64,000 nt of DNA. Origin: a virus. Below, piece by piece: positions 9,416 to 19,802 of the stretch (position 1 is the first letter of the stretch; every line of letters begins with the position of its first letter). Below the pieces are notes generated by a model. The model was not told where the DNA came from and did no database searches. It saw only the letters and a list, made by a program, of their open reading frames with translations. The position numbers and the translations under genes are program-made. The stretch covers positions 1-64,000 of the IMG/VR virus record IMGVR_UViG_3300009104_000009. One strand, given 5' to 3'.

Positions 9416-11074
9416 ATGAAATTATTTGGATTTAATATTGAGAGAGATAAGAAGCCAGACATTCCTGCTCTGGCATTTCCGGAAAACGAAGAAGGTGCTA
9501 TTGAAGCAACTTCTGCAGGTGGAGCTTTCGCTTCCTACGTTGACATGGAAGCAACTGCTAAGACCGAAGCAGATTTAATTATGAAATACAGGGAAATGAT
9601 CGAACACCCTGAATGTGATCTTGCCGTTGAAAATATCCTCCAAGAAGCTATCATCACAAATCAAAACAGAAATCCAGTTGAATTAGATTTAACTCACACT
9701 GATCTATCTAAAAGTTTACAATCTAAACTCGAAGATGAATTTGATAATATTTTAAAAATGCTAGATTTTAATAATCAAGCTTATGATATTTTTAAAAGAT
9801 GGTATGTTGAAGGCAGATTATATTATCACGTAATGATAGATCCTAAAAATACTAAGGCCGGAATACAGGAACTCAGATTAATAGATTCCCTTAAAATTAA
9901 AAAGGTTAGAGAAGTTAAACCGGATCCTAGACAAGCACCGGGTACTTTTAAACTACCGAAATATTCCGAATATTATATTTTTAATGATAAAGGTTTGTTA
10001 ACCCCAAGTCAAATGGGCTTAAAGGTTGCACCCGATTCTGTTATAATGGCTCACTCAGGAGTAATGACTAAAGATAAAAAATATGTTATTTCTCATTTAC
10101 ATAAAGCCATTAAAGGTTTAAATCAATTAAGAATGTTAGAAGACGCAGTTGTAATTTATAGAATTGCGAGAGCACCCGAACGAAGAATTTTTTATATTGA
10201 TGTTGGTAATTTACCTAAAATGAAAGCCGAACAATATCTCAAAGATATTATGACTCGATATAAAAATAAATTAGTTTATGATGCCGCTACAGGTGATATA
10301 AAAGATGACAGACGACATCAATCAATGTTAGAAGATTACTGGCTCCCACGAAGAGAAGGTGGAAGAGGAACAGAAATTACAACTCTTCCCGGAGGACAAA
10401 ATCTAGGTGAGATGGAAGATGTTGATTATTTCAGAAGGAAATTATATCAATCATTAAATGTTCCATTGTCACGATTAGAAGCTGATACACCTTTTGTATT
10501 AGGTAGAGCATCAGAAATTAGTAGAGATGAATTAAAATTCTCGAGATTTATTGATAGAATTAGAATAAGATTTTCTCATTTATTTTATCAAATATTAGAA
10601 AAACAATTAATTCTTAAAAATATTATTCATACATCTGAATGGTCAAAATTAAGAGAAACCGTTAAATTTAATTATGCACTAGATAATCATTTTGCTGAAT
10701 TAAAATCTCAAGAATTAATGACAGACAGATTTAATATGATGAGAGATGTTGAAGAATTAGTTGGAACATATCTTTCCAGACAATATGTTAAAGATAATAT
10801 ATTGAGGCATACACCGGAAGAACAAAAGAAAATACAAAAAGAAATAGAAAAAGAGGCTAAAGAGGCAGAAGAAGACCAAGAAGCGCCTCCACAAGATGCT
10901 GGCCCAGGTGCTCCTGCGCCGGCGAATCAGATTAATGTTCAGCCTGGACAAGAACCGCCTCCGGAAGATGCGGACGCAGAACCAGCGCAACCTGAAGAAG
11001 TTAAACCAGAAATGCTCACAGGTGGAAGGTTATATAGCGTTCCCAATATAAATAAAAAAGTAAAACATGGTTGA
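9416..11074 (+). CDS. gp20: Portal protein
   Basis: RAPERRIFYIDVGNLPK, EDYWLPRREGGRGTEITTLPGG. Confidence 0.98.
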   Translation: MKLFGFNIERDKKPDIPALAFPENEEGAIEATSAGGAFASYVDMEATAKTEADLIMKYREMIEHPECDLAVENILQEAIITNQNRNPVELDLTHTDLSKSLQSKLEDEFDNILKMLDFNNQAYDIFKRWYVEGRLYYHVMIDPKNTKAGIQELRLIDSLKIKKVREVKPDPRQAPGTFKLPKYSEYYIFNDKGLLTPSQMGLKVAPDSVIMAHSGVMTKDKKYVISHLHKAIKGLNQLRMLEDAVVIYRIARAPERRIFYIDVGNLPKMKAEQYLKDIMTRYKNKLVYDAATGDIKDDRRHQSMLEDYWLPRREGGRGTEITTLPGGQNLGEMEDVDYFRRKLYQSLNVPLSRLEADTPFVLGRASEISRDELKFSRFIDRIRIRFSHLFYQILEKQLILKNIIHTSEWSKLRETVKFNYALDNHFAELKSQELMTDRFNMMRDVEELVGTYLSRQYVKDNILRHTPEEQKKIQKEIEKEAKEAEEDQEAPPQDAGPGAPAPANQINVQPGQEPPPEDADAEPAQPEEVKPEMLTGGRLYSVPNINKKVKHG

Positions 11075-11243
11075 AAATAAAGGTAGAGAAATTATAGCAA
11101 ATATGGTTGATGATATAATTCGAGGACGACCAAATGATGCGCGAGCAAAGACATTTGATGTTCTAAAAGACAGAACAACTACTAAAATAGATGAACTAAA
11201 AAAAGAATATAATTCTGAACTGTTTGATAAAGAAAATACTTAA
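11067..11243 (+). CDS. Prohead core protein, gp67-like (58 aa, not in ORF track)
   Basis: MVENKGREIIANMVDDIIRG...ELFDKENT; syntenic position after gp20; TATAAATA at 11047-11054. Confidence 0.6.
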   Translation: MVENKGREIIANMVDDIIRGRPNDARAKTFDVLKDRTTTKIDELKKEYNSELFDKENT

Positions 11244-11261
11244 TCATAACCATAGAAATTG

Positions 11262-11269
11262 TATAAATA
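11262..11269 (+). promoter_or_regulatory. T4-type late promoter
   Basis: TATAAATA. Confidence 0.7.
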
Positions 11270-11298
11270 AACATAACAATTCGAATTAGGTTACAAAC

Positions 11299-11565
11299 AT
11301 GAAAATACTGGCTGCGAATACTCAGAGTACAGCAACAAATTTAAGTTTAGGAAATGCAACTGCAGTTGCGGTTACTACTACTGCTGTCACATTAATATCT
11401 ATAATAGATAGTGACGGAACAGCATCAGGTACAGACGGAACTCTTGTTGGTTCTATTTCATTACCGGCCAATCAAGTACACATTATTCAAAAAGACGCTG
11501 ATCAATTTATCAAAGCTAGTGTAACAAACGCGCAATACACACCAATTGCTAGATACGGTTATTAA
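11299..11565 (+). CDS. Small structural/hypothetical protein
   Basis: Beta-rich ORF between gp67-like and gp21. Confidence 0.55.
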   Translation: MKILAANTQSTATNLSLGNATAVAVTTTAVTLISIIDSDGTASGTDGTLVGSISLPANQVHIIQKDADQFIKASVTNAQYTPIARYGY

Positions 11566-11574
11566 GGACAACAT

Positions 11575-12228
11575 ATGAAACTCATGTGCGAATTAATGGA
11601 AGATGTGGAAATGCTCATAGAAAAAGATGAGCATGATAAAAAAGAATACTTTATTAAAGGTGTATTTTTACAAGCAGAACAAAAGAATAGAAATGGAAGA
11701 GTCTATCCACTTAGCACAATGCAAAAAGAAGTGGATAGATATTCCAAACAGTATATAGATACTAACAGAGCTTTTGGTGAATTAGGCCATCCGGATGGTC
11801 CTACTATTAACCTCGAAAGAGTTTCTCACATGGTTAAGGAACTCAAACAAGATGGTCCAAACTTTGTTGGAAAAGCAAAAATCATGGAAACTCCTTATGG
11901 TAAAATTGTCAAAAATTTAATTGATGAAGGAGCTAAATTAGGAGTGAGTTCAAGAGGAATGGGTTCACTAAAAACATTGGGTGGATCACAAGTTGTACAA
12001 GATGATTTTCATTTAGCAACAGCCGGAGACATTGTTGCAGATCCCTCCGCCCCTATGGCTTTCGTAGAAGGTATCATGGAAGGTAGAGAATGGATTTGGG
12101 ATAATGGTATTTTAAAAGAAACGGATGTTCAAGAAATTAAAAACCAGATAGTTAAAGAATTTGCTAAGAAAACCAGAGACGAAACTGCTATTGTATCTTC
12201 GTTCGAAACGTTTTTATCAAAGCTTTAA
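11575..12228 (+). CDS. gp21: Prohead protease
   Basis: NRNGRVYP, GELGHP, GVSSRGMGS, DIVADPSAP. Confidence 0.97.
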   Translation: MKLMCELMEDVEMLIEKDEHDKKEYFIKGVFLQAEQKNRNGRVYPLSTMQKEVDRYSKQYIDTNRAFGELGHPDGPTINLERVSHMVKELKQDGPNFVGKAKIMETPYGKIVKNLIDEGAKLGVSSRGMGSLKTLGGSQVVQDDFHLATAGDIVADPSAPMAFVEGIMEGREWIWDNGILKETDVQEIKNQIVKEFAKKTRDETAIVSSFETFLSKL

Positions 12229-12231
12229 TTT

Positions 12232-12239
12232 TATAAATA
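12232..12239 (+). promoter_or_regulatory. T4-type late promoter
   Basis: TATAAATA upstream of gp22. Confidence 0.8.
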
Positions 12240-12283
12240 ATATAACAGTAACTATTATTCTATCATAGATGAGGAGAATGCAA

Positions 12284-13609
12284 ATGTCTGAACAAGAAAC
12301 TGCCGCGGCTGAACAAGGTGTTGAGCAGCAGACTCTTGCCACAAGTGTGAACGAACTAGAAACATTAGCTCAACAAGCATTGGAATTAGACGGCGAGGCA
12401 AGGGAAGAGCTCGTTGAACAGATTAAATCAAAATGCGAAGAAGAAGGGCTATCGGCCACTGAGACTGATGATTTGTTGGAAGAGATAGGTCTTGTTCAGG
12501 AAGCACGTAAGGTACAAGAGGACAGTAAAAATCAACCCGGACCTGGAAAAGGTGGTAAAGACGGAGAAGGACCCGCTGCTCAAAAAGTTGAGAAAGCAGA
12601 TCCTAAAGGTCATGCCGTTCCTGGTTCTGGTACCGCCATGGGTAATCCTGTTAAAGGTAAAGTAAAAAATGCCGATAAAGGTGAACCGATGGATAAAGTA
12701 AAAGAAGATAACGATTCAATGCCAAAAACCAAAGCTGGTATGATGGCTGCTGTCTACGAAAGACTCGGTAAACTGAAAAAAGATCAGATTGCTGACAATT
12801 ACGAGACTATTCTCAAATCTCTAGCTATTCAAGAAAGTACAGACGAAGAAGCTTCAGATTCTAAGCCTTTAGATGTTAAAGATGATATTGACGCTTTAAC
12901 TGAAGGCGAGGAACTTTCTGATGAATTCAAATCTAAAGCAAGTACAATTTTTGAAGCGGCTGTCCAAGCTAAAGTCAATCAAGTTATGATTGAAAGAGAG
13001 CAGGAATTAGAAGAGCAAATGAATCAGCGCTTGACCGAAGAACTTGATTCTTATGTTCAAGAAATCGTAGAGAAAGTTGATAACTATCTCAATTACGTTT
13101 CCGAGGAATGGGTTAAAGATAATAAATTGGCCATCGAAAAAGGAATTCGCTCAGAACTGACCGAAGGATTCCTCGTTGGACTGAAGAACCTGTTCACTGA
13201 GCATTACATTACTATTCCAGAAGAGAAAGTGGATGTAGTAGATGATCTGTTCGGAAAAGTCGAAGACTTGGAAAAAGAATTGAACGAACAAGTTCAGAAA
13301 AACGTTGATGCTCAAACAGAGCTCACACAAATGAAAAAAGATAAAGTCTTATCAACATTGACACAAGACTTAACTGAGACCCAGAAAGAAAAAGTGGCAG
13401 AATTAGCTGAAAATGTTGAAGCTGACGATGCAGAAGAGTACGAACAAAAAGTAGAAGTACTCAAAGAAAATTACTTTCCCGCAGAAGATAAGAAAGTTGC
13501 TCTGGTCGAAGACGTAGAAACATCAAACAATGACGATGAAAGTGATACAGAAGCTGTTCCGCAAGGAATGGAAAAGTATATGTCAGCTATTTCAAGACAT
13601 GTTAGATAA
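12284..13609 (+). CDS. gp22: Prohead scaffold protein
   Basis: EFKSKASTIFEAAV, VDNYLNYVSEEW; AGGAG SD before ATG 12284. Confidence 0.95.
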   Translation: MSEQETAAAEQGVEQQTLATSVNELETLAQQALELDGEAREELVEQIKSKCEEEGLSATETDDLLEEIGLVQEARKVQEDSKNQPGPGKGGKDGEGPAAQKVEKADPKGHAVPGSGTAMGNPVKGKVKNADKGEPMDKVKEDNDSMPKTKAGMMAAVYERLGKLKKDQIADNYETILKSLAIQESTDEEASDSKPLDVKDDIDALTEGEELSDEFKSKASTIFEAAVQAKVNQVMIEREQELEEQMNQRLTEELDSYVQEIVEKVDNYLNYVSEEWVKDNKLAIEKGIRSELTEGFLVGLKNLFTEHYITIPEEKVDVVDDLFGKVEDLEKELNEQVQKNVDAQTELTQMKKDKVLSTLTQDLTETQKEKVAELAENVEADDAEEYEQKVEVLKENYFPAEDKKVALVEDVETSNNDDESDTEAVPQGMEKYMSAISRHVR

Positions 13610-13664
13610 TATTAATTAATATTTTTTTAAAACAAATTTTATTGATAAACACAGGAGATTAACA

Positions 13665-14996
13665 ATGTTTTTATCTGAAAACTTACAAGAAAAATGGGGT
13701 CCCGTTCTTGACCATCCTGATCTTCCTCAGATAAAAGATTCTTATAGAAAAGCAGTAACAGCTGTTTTACTTGAGAATGAGGAAAAATCAATCATGGAAG
13801 AAGGTGGTTCTTCTATTTTATTTGAAGCAGCTCCTGCAAACGCTGTTGGTGCCGGTATGGGTACTACAGCCGGAAATATTAAAGGTTATGATCCTGTACT
13901 TATTTCCCTAGTTCGCAGAAGTATGCCTCTCTTAATCGCATACGATGTGTGCGGTGTTCAGCCTATGACAGGTCCGACTGGCTTGATTTTCGCCATGAAG
14001 TCCCGTTATTCCAGTCAAACTGGTTCAGAAGCACTTTTCAGTGAAGCTGATTCTGGTATTTCAGGTGGAAAAGCTGGCGCTTCTTCAGCACACACAGCTA
14101 ATGGTAACCCAGCAGCTGCCGCTTCTAGTTCAACTGCATATCTCCCAGGTCGTGGAATGACTACGGCACTTGGTGAAGCACTTGGCGATTCGGCTTCCAA
14201 TGCTTTCGCAGAAATGGCCTTCTCAATTGATAAGGTAACTGTTACAGCGAAGACACGTGCACTCAAAGGTGAGTACACAATGGAACTCGCTCAAGACTTG
14301 AAAGCAATTCATGGTCTTGATGCCGAAACTGAACTTTCCAACATTTTGAGTTCAGAGATTCTGGCAGAAATTAACCGCGAAGTTATCCGCACAATTTACG
14401 GTAACGCCAAAACTGGTGCCCAGAACAACGTAGCCACTGCCGGTACATTCGATATGGATGTAGATTCAAACGGTCGTTGGATGGTTGAAAAATTCAAGGG
14501 TCTGATGTTCCAGATTGAGCGCGAAGCTAATGCAATCGGGCACGACACTCGTAGAGGAAAAGGTAATATCCTTATGACTTCTTCAGATGTTGCTTCCGCA
14601 CTGCAAATGGCTGGTGTACTTGATTACACACCTGCTCTTTCCGGTAACGATTCCATTAATGTTGACGACACTCAGTCAACTTTTGCTGGAACACTTAACG
14701 GACGTTACAAAGTATATGTTGATCCATATGCAACTATTCAAGACACCAACTGGTTCGTTCTTGGATATAAAGGTTCCAGTGCTTATGACGCCGGACTTTT
14801 CTACTGCCCATACGTTCCACTACAAATGGTACGTGCGGTTGGTGAGAATAACTTCCAGCCAAAGATTGGATTCAAAACACGATACGGAATGGTATCGAAT
14901 CCTTTCTCCACAGGAACAGCTGCTTCCAGTGATGGATCACTCACTTACAACACCAACGTTTATTACAGGCGATGTCTCGTTACAAACTTGATGTAA
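13665..14996 (+). CDS. gp23: Major capsid protein
   Basis: GVQPMTGPTGLIFA, ELAQDLKAIHGLDAE, FQPKIGFKTRYG. Confidence 0.99.
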   Translation: MFLSENLQEKWGPVLDHPDLPQIKDSYRKAVTAVLLENEEKSIMEEGGSSILFEAAPANAVGAGMGTTAGNIKGYDPVLISLVRRSMPLLIAYDVCGVQPMTGPTGLIFAMKSRYSSQTGSEALFSEADSGISGGKAGASSAHTANGNPAAAASSSTAYLPGRGMTTALGEALGDSASNAFAEMAFSIDKVTVTAKTRALKGEYTMELAQDLKAIHGLDAETELSNILSSEILAEINREVIRTIYGNAKTGAQNNVATAGTFDMDVDSNGRWMVEKFKGLMFQIEREANAIGHDTRRGKGNILMTSSDVASALQMAGVLDYTPALSGNDSINVDDTQSTFAGTLNGRYKVYVDPYATIQDTNWFVLGYKGSSAYDAGLFYCPYVPLQMVRAVGENNFQPKIGFKTRYGMVSNPFSTGTAASSDGSLTYNTNVYYRRCLVTNLM

Positions 14997-15017
14997 TTCT
15001 TGTATTAAATTAAGTGA

Positions 15018-15025
15018 TATAAATA
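15018..15025 (+). promoter_or_regulatory. Late promoter abutting the gp23 terminator
   Basis: TATAAATA. Confidence 0.65.
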
Positions 15026-15061
15026 AGGGTAAGAGGTTTAATTACTTCTTACCCTTTTTTT
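15025..15061 (+). terminator. Intrinsic terminator after gp23
   Basis: AAGGGTAAGA...TCTTACCCTT stem followed by a T run. Confidence 0.85.
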
Positions 15062-15078
15062 ATGCTCAACGAGGTATT

Positions 15079-15606
15079 ATGGCAACAGCATCACCAACCG
15101 GAAAACTCGGTTCAGATAATATAAATTACCTTTCACCCACCGGCTTTAGATTCATGTGTAATGCTCTGCCGGAAACTCAATTTTATTGTCAAACAGCTAA
15201 TTTACCAGGTGTTTCAATATCAGAAATACCAGTAGCAGCTATGCATAGACAACATTATGTTGCTGGTGATAATGTAACATTTGATGAATTTATGATTACA
15301 ATAATATTAGATGAATATTTAAAAAACTGGGAAGAAATCCAAAAATGGATACTTGGCTTAGGTAAACCTTTCGGTTTTGAAGAATATGAAAAACGTAAAA
15401 CCGCAGGACTTGATACAAATGGTCAATTGTTTGTTTTGACAGGTTCTAAAAACCCTTCACTAAGATTTGATTTTTATAATCTATGGCCGAAATCTATAAG
15501 TTCTATTCAATTCGATATAATGCAAACCGATGTTGTATATTCAACATGTGATGTAACTTTTCAATATAACTATTATACAATGACAAGGTTAAACGACCCC
15601 ACATAA
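15079..15606 (+). CDS. gp3: Tail completion/tube terminator
   Basis: NYLSPTGFRF, CQTANLPGVS, synteny. Confidence 0.85.
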   Translation: MATASPTGKLGSDNINYLSPTGFRFMCNALPETQFYCQTANLPGVSISEIPVAAMHRQHYVAGDNVTFDEFMITIILDEYLKNWEEIQKWILGLGKPFGFEEYEKRKTAGLDTNGQLFVLTGSKNPSLRFDFYNLWPKSISSIQFDIMQTDVVYSTCDVTFQYNYYTMTRLNDPT

Positions 15607-15612
15607 AACATT

Positions 15613-16056
15613 ATGAAATTAAGTGACATTCAAACAATGTGGCAAAAAGATTGCCAGGTTGATGATACAAAATTAGACGCAGAATTATTAAAGCTCCCTA
15701 ATCTTCATAGTAAATATCTAGGAATTTATAACGACGAATCTCTTGCTCAAAAGAAATTATTTTTTGAAAATAAAAGACTTTTAAAATTTAAAACTATTTG
15801 GTATGCCGGAAAGATGAGTGAGGAAGAATTAGAAGAGCTCGGTTGGGAACAATTCAGTATTAAAATCATTAAAGGATATGAACCTAAAATAGAAACATAT
15901 CTAGCAGGTGATGATGATTTAATCGAAGCAAATCAAAAATTCGAATATCAAAAAATTAAAGTTGAATTTTTAGAGTCAATTATTAAGTCCCTAAATACTA
16001 GAGGATATAATATTAAAGCAGCAATTGACTTTTTACGTTTTACGATGGGACAATGA
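15613..16056 (+). CDS. uvsY: Recombination mediator UvsY
   Basis: LPNLHSKYL, RGYNIKAAIDFLRF. Confidence 0.9.
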   Translation: MKLSDIQTMWQKDCQVDDTKLDAELLKLPNLHSKYLGIYNDESLAQKKLFFENKRLLKFKTIWYAGKMSEEELEELGWEQFSIKIIKGYEPKIETYLAGDDDLIEANQKFEYQKIKVEFLESIIKSLNTRGYNIKAAIDFLRFTMGQ

Positions 16057-17501
16057 TATTAAAGAAAATTGATGATGTCCACTTATTAGTGGAATGTGAT
16101 AGAAGTCAAGCAGCTGAATTAAACGATTATTTTACGTTTGAAGTTCCGAATGCTAGATTTACACCATCTTATAAGAATGGTTTTTGGGACGGTAAGATTA
16201 GACTATTTGATGTAAGAACCAGGAGATTATATTATGGGTTGGCGGAATATGTTAAAAAATTCTGTGAAATCGGAGACTACGATTTACAAGTTGATAAAAG
16301 CTTTACGTTCGGTGATAGTGATTACACTTATAATAATAGCACTGAATTATTTAAGCAATTCTCTTTAAGTTTAGAACCTAGAGATTATCAACTAAAAGCT
16401 GTAACTCATTGTATTCAGAATGATAGATGTTTACTTATATCCCCAACTGCTTCTGGTAAATCTCTTATAATTTATTTACTTTTAAGGTATTATAATACAA
16501 GGAGTCTTATAGTGGTACCAACTGTATCATTAACACAACAGATGTATACAGATTTTCAAGAATATAGTAAAGACTGGGACGTAGAAAAACATTGTCATAT
16601 TATAAGTGCTGGTGCGGAAAAAGAAACCGATAAACCAGTAGTTATATCAACCTGGCAATCAATATATGGCTTACCTAAAAGCTATTTTGAAAGGTTCGAA
16701 TTCATGGTAGGTGATGAAGCTCATCTATTTAAAGCCAAATCTTTAACCTCTGTAATGAGCAAATTAAAAAAATGCAGACGTAAATTTGGTACAACGGGTA
16801 CATTAGATGATACTCAAACTCACAAGTTAATTCTTGAGGGATTATTCGGTCCAATTTTTAATGTAACACAAACAAAAGATTTAATTGATGCAGGTTATCT
16901 TTCTAAATTTTCTATTAAAGCTCTGATTTTAACTTACACTGAAGAAGTGAAAGCTGAATGTAAAGGTTTTTCATATCAAGATGAAATGGATTATATAGTA
17001 ACACATCCTAAAAGAAATAAATTCATTAGAAATCTTGCATGTGATCAACAAGGAAATACTTTACTTTTATTCCAATTCGTTGAAAAACATGGCAAAGTAT
17101 TATATAATATAATAAAAGAAAAAGTGGGAGAGAATAGAAAAGTATTTTTTGTATATGGAGGAGTTGATGGATCAGATAGAGAAGAAATTAGAAAAATCAC
17201 AGAAAAAGAAAAAGATGCAATCATCGTTGCAAGTTTTGGTACCTTTAGTACTGGTATCAATATTAGGAATCTTCATAACATCATTTTTGCTAGTCCTACT
17301 AAGTCTAAAATAAGAAACTTACAATCAATAGGAAGAGGATTAAGAAAAGGTGATAATAAAGAGGAAGCGACTTTGTTTGATATAGCTGATGATTTGTCTT
17401 ATAAATCTTATACTAATTACACTCTCAAACATTTTAAAGAAAGAATCAATCAATATAATGAACAACAATTTAAATACAACATGTTTCACATTAGGATATA
17501 A
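16053..17501 (+). CDS. uvsW: RNA-DNA helicase UvsW
   Basis: PTASGKS, DEAH, QSIGRGLR. Confidence 0.95.
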   Translation: MILKKIDDVHLLVECDRSQAAELNDYFTFEVPNARFTPSYKNGFWDGKIRLFDVRTRRLYYGLAEYVKKFCEIGDYDLQVDKSFTFGDSDYTYNNSTELFKQFSLSLEPRDYQLKAVTHCIQNDRCLLISPTASGKSLIIYLLLRYYNTRSLIVVPTVSLTQQMYTDFQEYSKDWDVEKHCHIISAGAEKETDKPVVISTWQSIYGLPKSYFERFEFMVGDEAHLFKAKSLTSVMSKLKKCRRKFGTTGTLDDTQTHKLILEGLFGPIFNVTQTKDLIDAGYLSKFSIKALILTYTEEVKAECKGFSYQDEMDYIVTHPKRNKFIRNLACDQQGNTLLLFQFVEKHGKVLYNIIKEKVGENRKVFFVYGGVDGSDREEIRKITEKEKDAIIVASFGTFSTGINIRNLHNIIFASPTKSKIRNLQSIGRGLRKGDNKEEATLFDIADDLSYKSYTNYTLKHFKERINQYNEQQFKYNMFHIRI

Positions 17502-17533
17502 TATATATTTTCCCGTTGGCATCAACATTAAAT

Positions 17534-17562
17534 ATTATAACATGTTTTTAAAAAAATGTCAA
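17534..17562 (-). promoter_or_regulatory. Consensus sigma70 promoter facing antisense into uvsW
   Basis: Reverse complement reads TTGACA-N17-TATAAT. Confidence 0.7.
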
Positions 17563-17577
17563 CCCGTAAATTAATCC

Positions 17578-17606
17578 TTGATATTATTAAAGAAATTAGG
17601 TATAAT
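17578..17606 (+). promoter_or_regulatory. Sigma70-type early promoter
   Basis: TTGATA-N17-TATAAT. Confidence 0.75.
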
Positions 17607-17616
17607 ATAGGCAATT

Positions 17617-18819
17617 ATGGATAAGTTCGAAACAGCAACAAAAGTTTTATTTGATGAAGGAAGGATACTTTTACCTACTAATAGGTGGGCGAAATATCAT
17701 CAATTAGAACATGAATTATATCACCATAATAGTATAGATTCTGTATTTTTAAATGAACTTAATGTAGATCTATCTAAAATGGTTAGTATTATAACCGATT
17801 ATGGTTATGGTGATATTGTCTGTAATATGAATTATTGGATATGGTTAAACGAGATAAGACCCGTAAGATTGAAAATTTTATATGATGATACTCATGTGAA
17901 AAATGCATTTAGTAATAAAGAAACCACTTTAGAAAAAATTGATTATATGGTTAAAGAGTGGGGTTCTAATATTGAATATAAATTTACTAAAATAAGAAGA
18001 TCTTATGGAAATATCCTGAGAACTTATAAAAGCGCTTTAAAAGGTAAAAGTCTTTTTCAACATATAGATAGGAACCATAGAAATATGTGGTACAAATATT
18101 GTCCAACTAATATGGAACAATATGTGTTTAACCCACTTTCAACTCAAATGGAATGGTATCCTACTAAAACACAGTGGAAAAGACCTAAAAAAGATATCGT
18201 TTGTGTATACAGATATACTCCGCCAATTGGTTGGGATTTAATTTCAAATAATTCCTTTGCTAACATTGGCGACAAAATGATATCGCAGGATGAAAAAGTC
18301 GTTTCAAAATATTGGAATGATTTAGAAAAAGAATTGAAAAAAGCTAAACGTAGTATAGAATATCTTGATTATACTATGACACCTAAACAACTTATGGATA
18401 AGATTTCTAAGTGTTCTTATTTGATATCTTCACGAGGTGGTTTTTCTTATCTAGCACAACTTATAGGTACTCCATCAGTAATTATTTTTCCTCCAGCTAA
18501 TATGATTCCGGAAAGAGATTACACCCCACAAAGCATTCAATTTCATCAAAAAACAATGAAGTTATTTGATCCTAAAGAAATAGCTAATGTTGATATAGAT
18601 AAATTGGCTTCTCAAAATACTATGCAAAAAACAAATTTGTGGCACAAAAAGAAATCATATCCTACTTTAGAATCAATGCAAAAATTAGAAAGAGATGTAA
18701 ATAAATTTCAAGATGAAATAGTGAATGTTTATATAGAAGCATTAAAACAAGATAATGAAAATGAAAAAGCCGCGGCTAAGGAAGCGAAGGCTAAATCTAA
18801 AAAGAGAGGTAAAAAATAA
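17617..18819 (+). CDS. Glycosyltransferase-like protein (GT9/GT-B-like)
   Basis: GYGDIVC near N-terminus; ISKCSYLISSRGGFSYLAQLIGTPSVIIF. Confidence 0.45.
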   Translation: MDKFETATKVLFDEGRILLPTNRWAKYHQLEHELYHHNSIDSVFLNELNVDLSKMVSIITDYGYGDIVCNMNYWIWLNEIRPVRLKILYDDTHVKNAFSNKETTLEKIDYMVKEWGSNIEYKFTKIRRSYGNILRTYKSALKGKSLFQHIDRNHRNMWYKYCPTNMEQYVFNPLSTQMEWYPTKTQWKRPKKDIVCVYRYTPPIGWDLISNNSFANIGDKMISQDEKVVSKYWNDLEKELKKAKRSIEYLDYTMTPKQLMDKISKCSYLISSRGGFSYLAQLIGTPSVIIFPPANMIPERDYTPQSIQFHQKTMKLFDPKEIANVDIDKLASQNTMQKTNLWHKKKSYPTLESMQKLERDVNKFQDEIVNVYIEALKQDNENEKAAAKEAKAKSKKRGKK

Positions 18820-18832
18820 ATGAAAGGTAATT

Positions 18833-19030
18833 ATGGGCTGGTTTAGTAAGGTCAAAGAAAAATTGATGAAATCAACACAGGTCGCGAAAGAAGCACAAGA
18901 GAAGACTGAAGAAATATCAAAGCAGGTAAAGAAAAAAGCTACAAAAGCAGCAAAGAAGACAGTTAAAAAAGGAAAAAAAGTAGCGAAGAAAGCTGCTAAA
19001 AAAGTAAAAAAACAAGGTAATTTTAGTTAG
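18833..19030 (+). CDS. Lys/Ala-rich histone-like small protein
   Basis: KKATKAAKKTVKKGKKVAKKAAKKVKK. Confidence 0.6.
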   Translation: MGWFSKVKEKLMKSTQVAKEAQEKTEEISKQVKKKATKAAKKTVKKGKKVAKKAAKKVKKQGNFS

Positions 19031-19219
19031 ATGTCAAACGCAGAAGAAAAATTAATATCAACTATTACATTAGTATCTTTTACATGTTTATGGTTTTTGG
19101 TAATTTCTATGTTTGTTTTATTAGTGTACCAATCAGTAGTACACCAAAATCAAATAGATGAGCTTTTAGAAGCTTTTGAATTCTTTAACAGTTTCAGAGA
19201 AAGACTACAGGATGGCTAG
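19031..19219 (+). CDS. Small single-TM protein
   Basis: Hydrophobic segment at about residues 8-33. Confidence 0.5.
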   Translation: MSNAEEKLISTITLVSFTCLWFLVISMFVLLVYQSVVHQNQIDELLEAFEFFNSFRERLQDG

Positions 19220-19802
19220 AGCGAAATCAATACATTATGTAGATAATAAAAAATTTCATGAGGAAATGGTTAATTATAAAAACCATTGTGCAGAAGTAAA
19301 GAAAAAAGAACCTGATGCATTAGTACCTATTATACCAGATTATATCGGCGACTGCTTTATGAAAATTGCAGAGAGGTTAAGTCTAAGACCTAATTTTGTC
19401 AATTATACTTTTAGAGATGAAATGATATCAGACGGAATAGAAAACTGTGTGCAATCAGCACATAATTTTAATCCAGAAAGATCTTCCAACCCGTTTTCTT
19501 ATTTTACCCAAATTATATATTTTGCTTTTATCAGAAGAATTCAAAAAGAAAAAAAGCAACTATATATAAAATATAAAACCATTCATAACAATAGTATGTT
19601 GTCTGACAGTGTTGCAATATCTGAGCACGATGCAGACGAACACGCACTTAACGTTGAAGTTTTATCAGAAGAGCAAAAAGCAAATATGTATAAATTCGTA
19701 GGCGATTTCGAAGAAGCTAAAGCAAGAAAATCTAGAAAAACTACCGCAAGTGGAGCAAATACATTGGTACCTTACATGGTGGAGGCCGATACGAAGACAT
19801 GA
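19212..19802 (+). CDS. gp55: Late transcription sigma factor
   Basis: HYVDNKKF, EMISDGIENC, NPFSYFTQIIYFAFIRRIQKEKKQ. Confidence 0.96.
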   Translation: MARAKSIHYVDNKKFHEEMVNYKNHCAEVKKKEPDALVPIIPDYIGDCFMKIAERLSLRPNFVNYTFRDEMISDGIENCVQSAHNFNPERSSNPFSYFTQIIYFAFIRRIQKEKKQLYIKYKTIHNNSMLSDSVAISEHDADEHALNVEVLSEEQKANMYKFVGDFEEAKARKSRKTTASGANTLVPYMVEADTKT

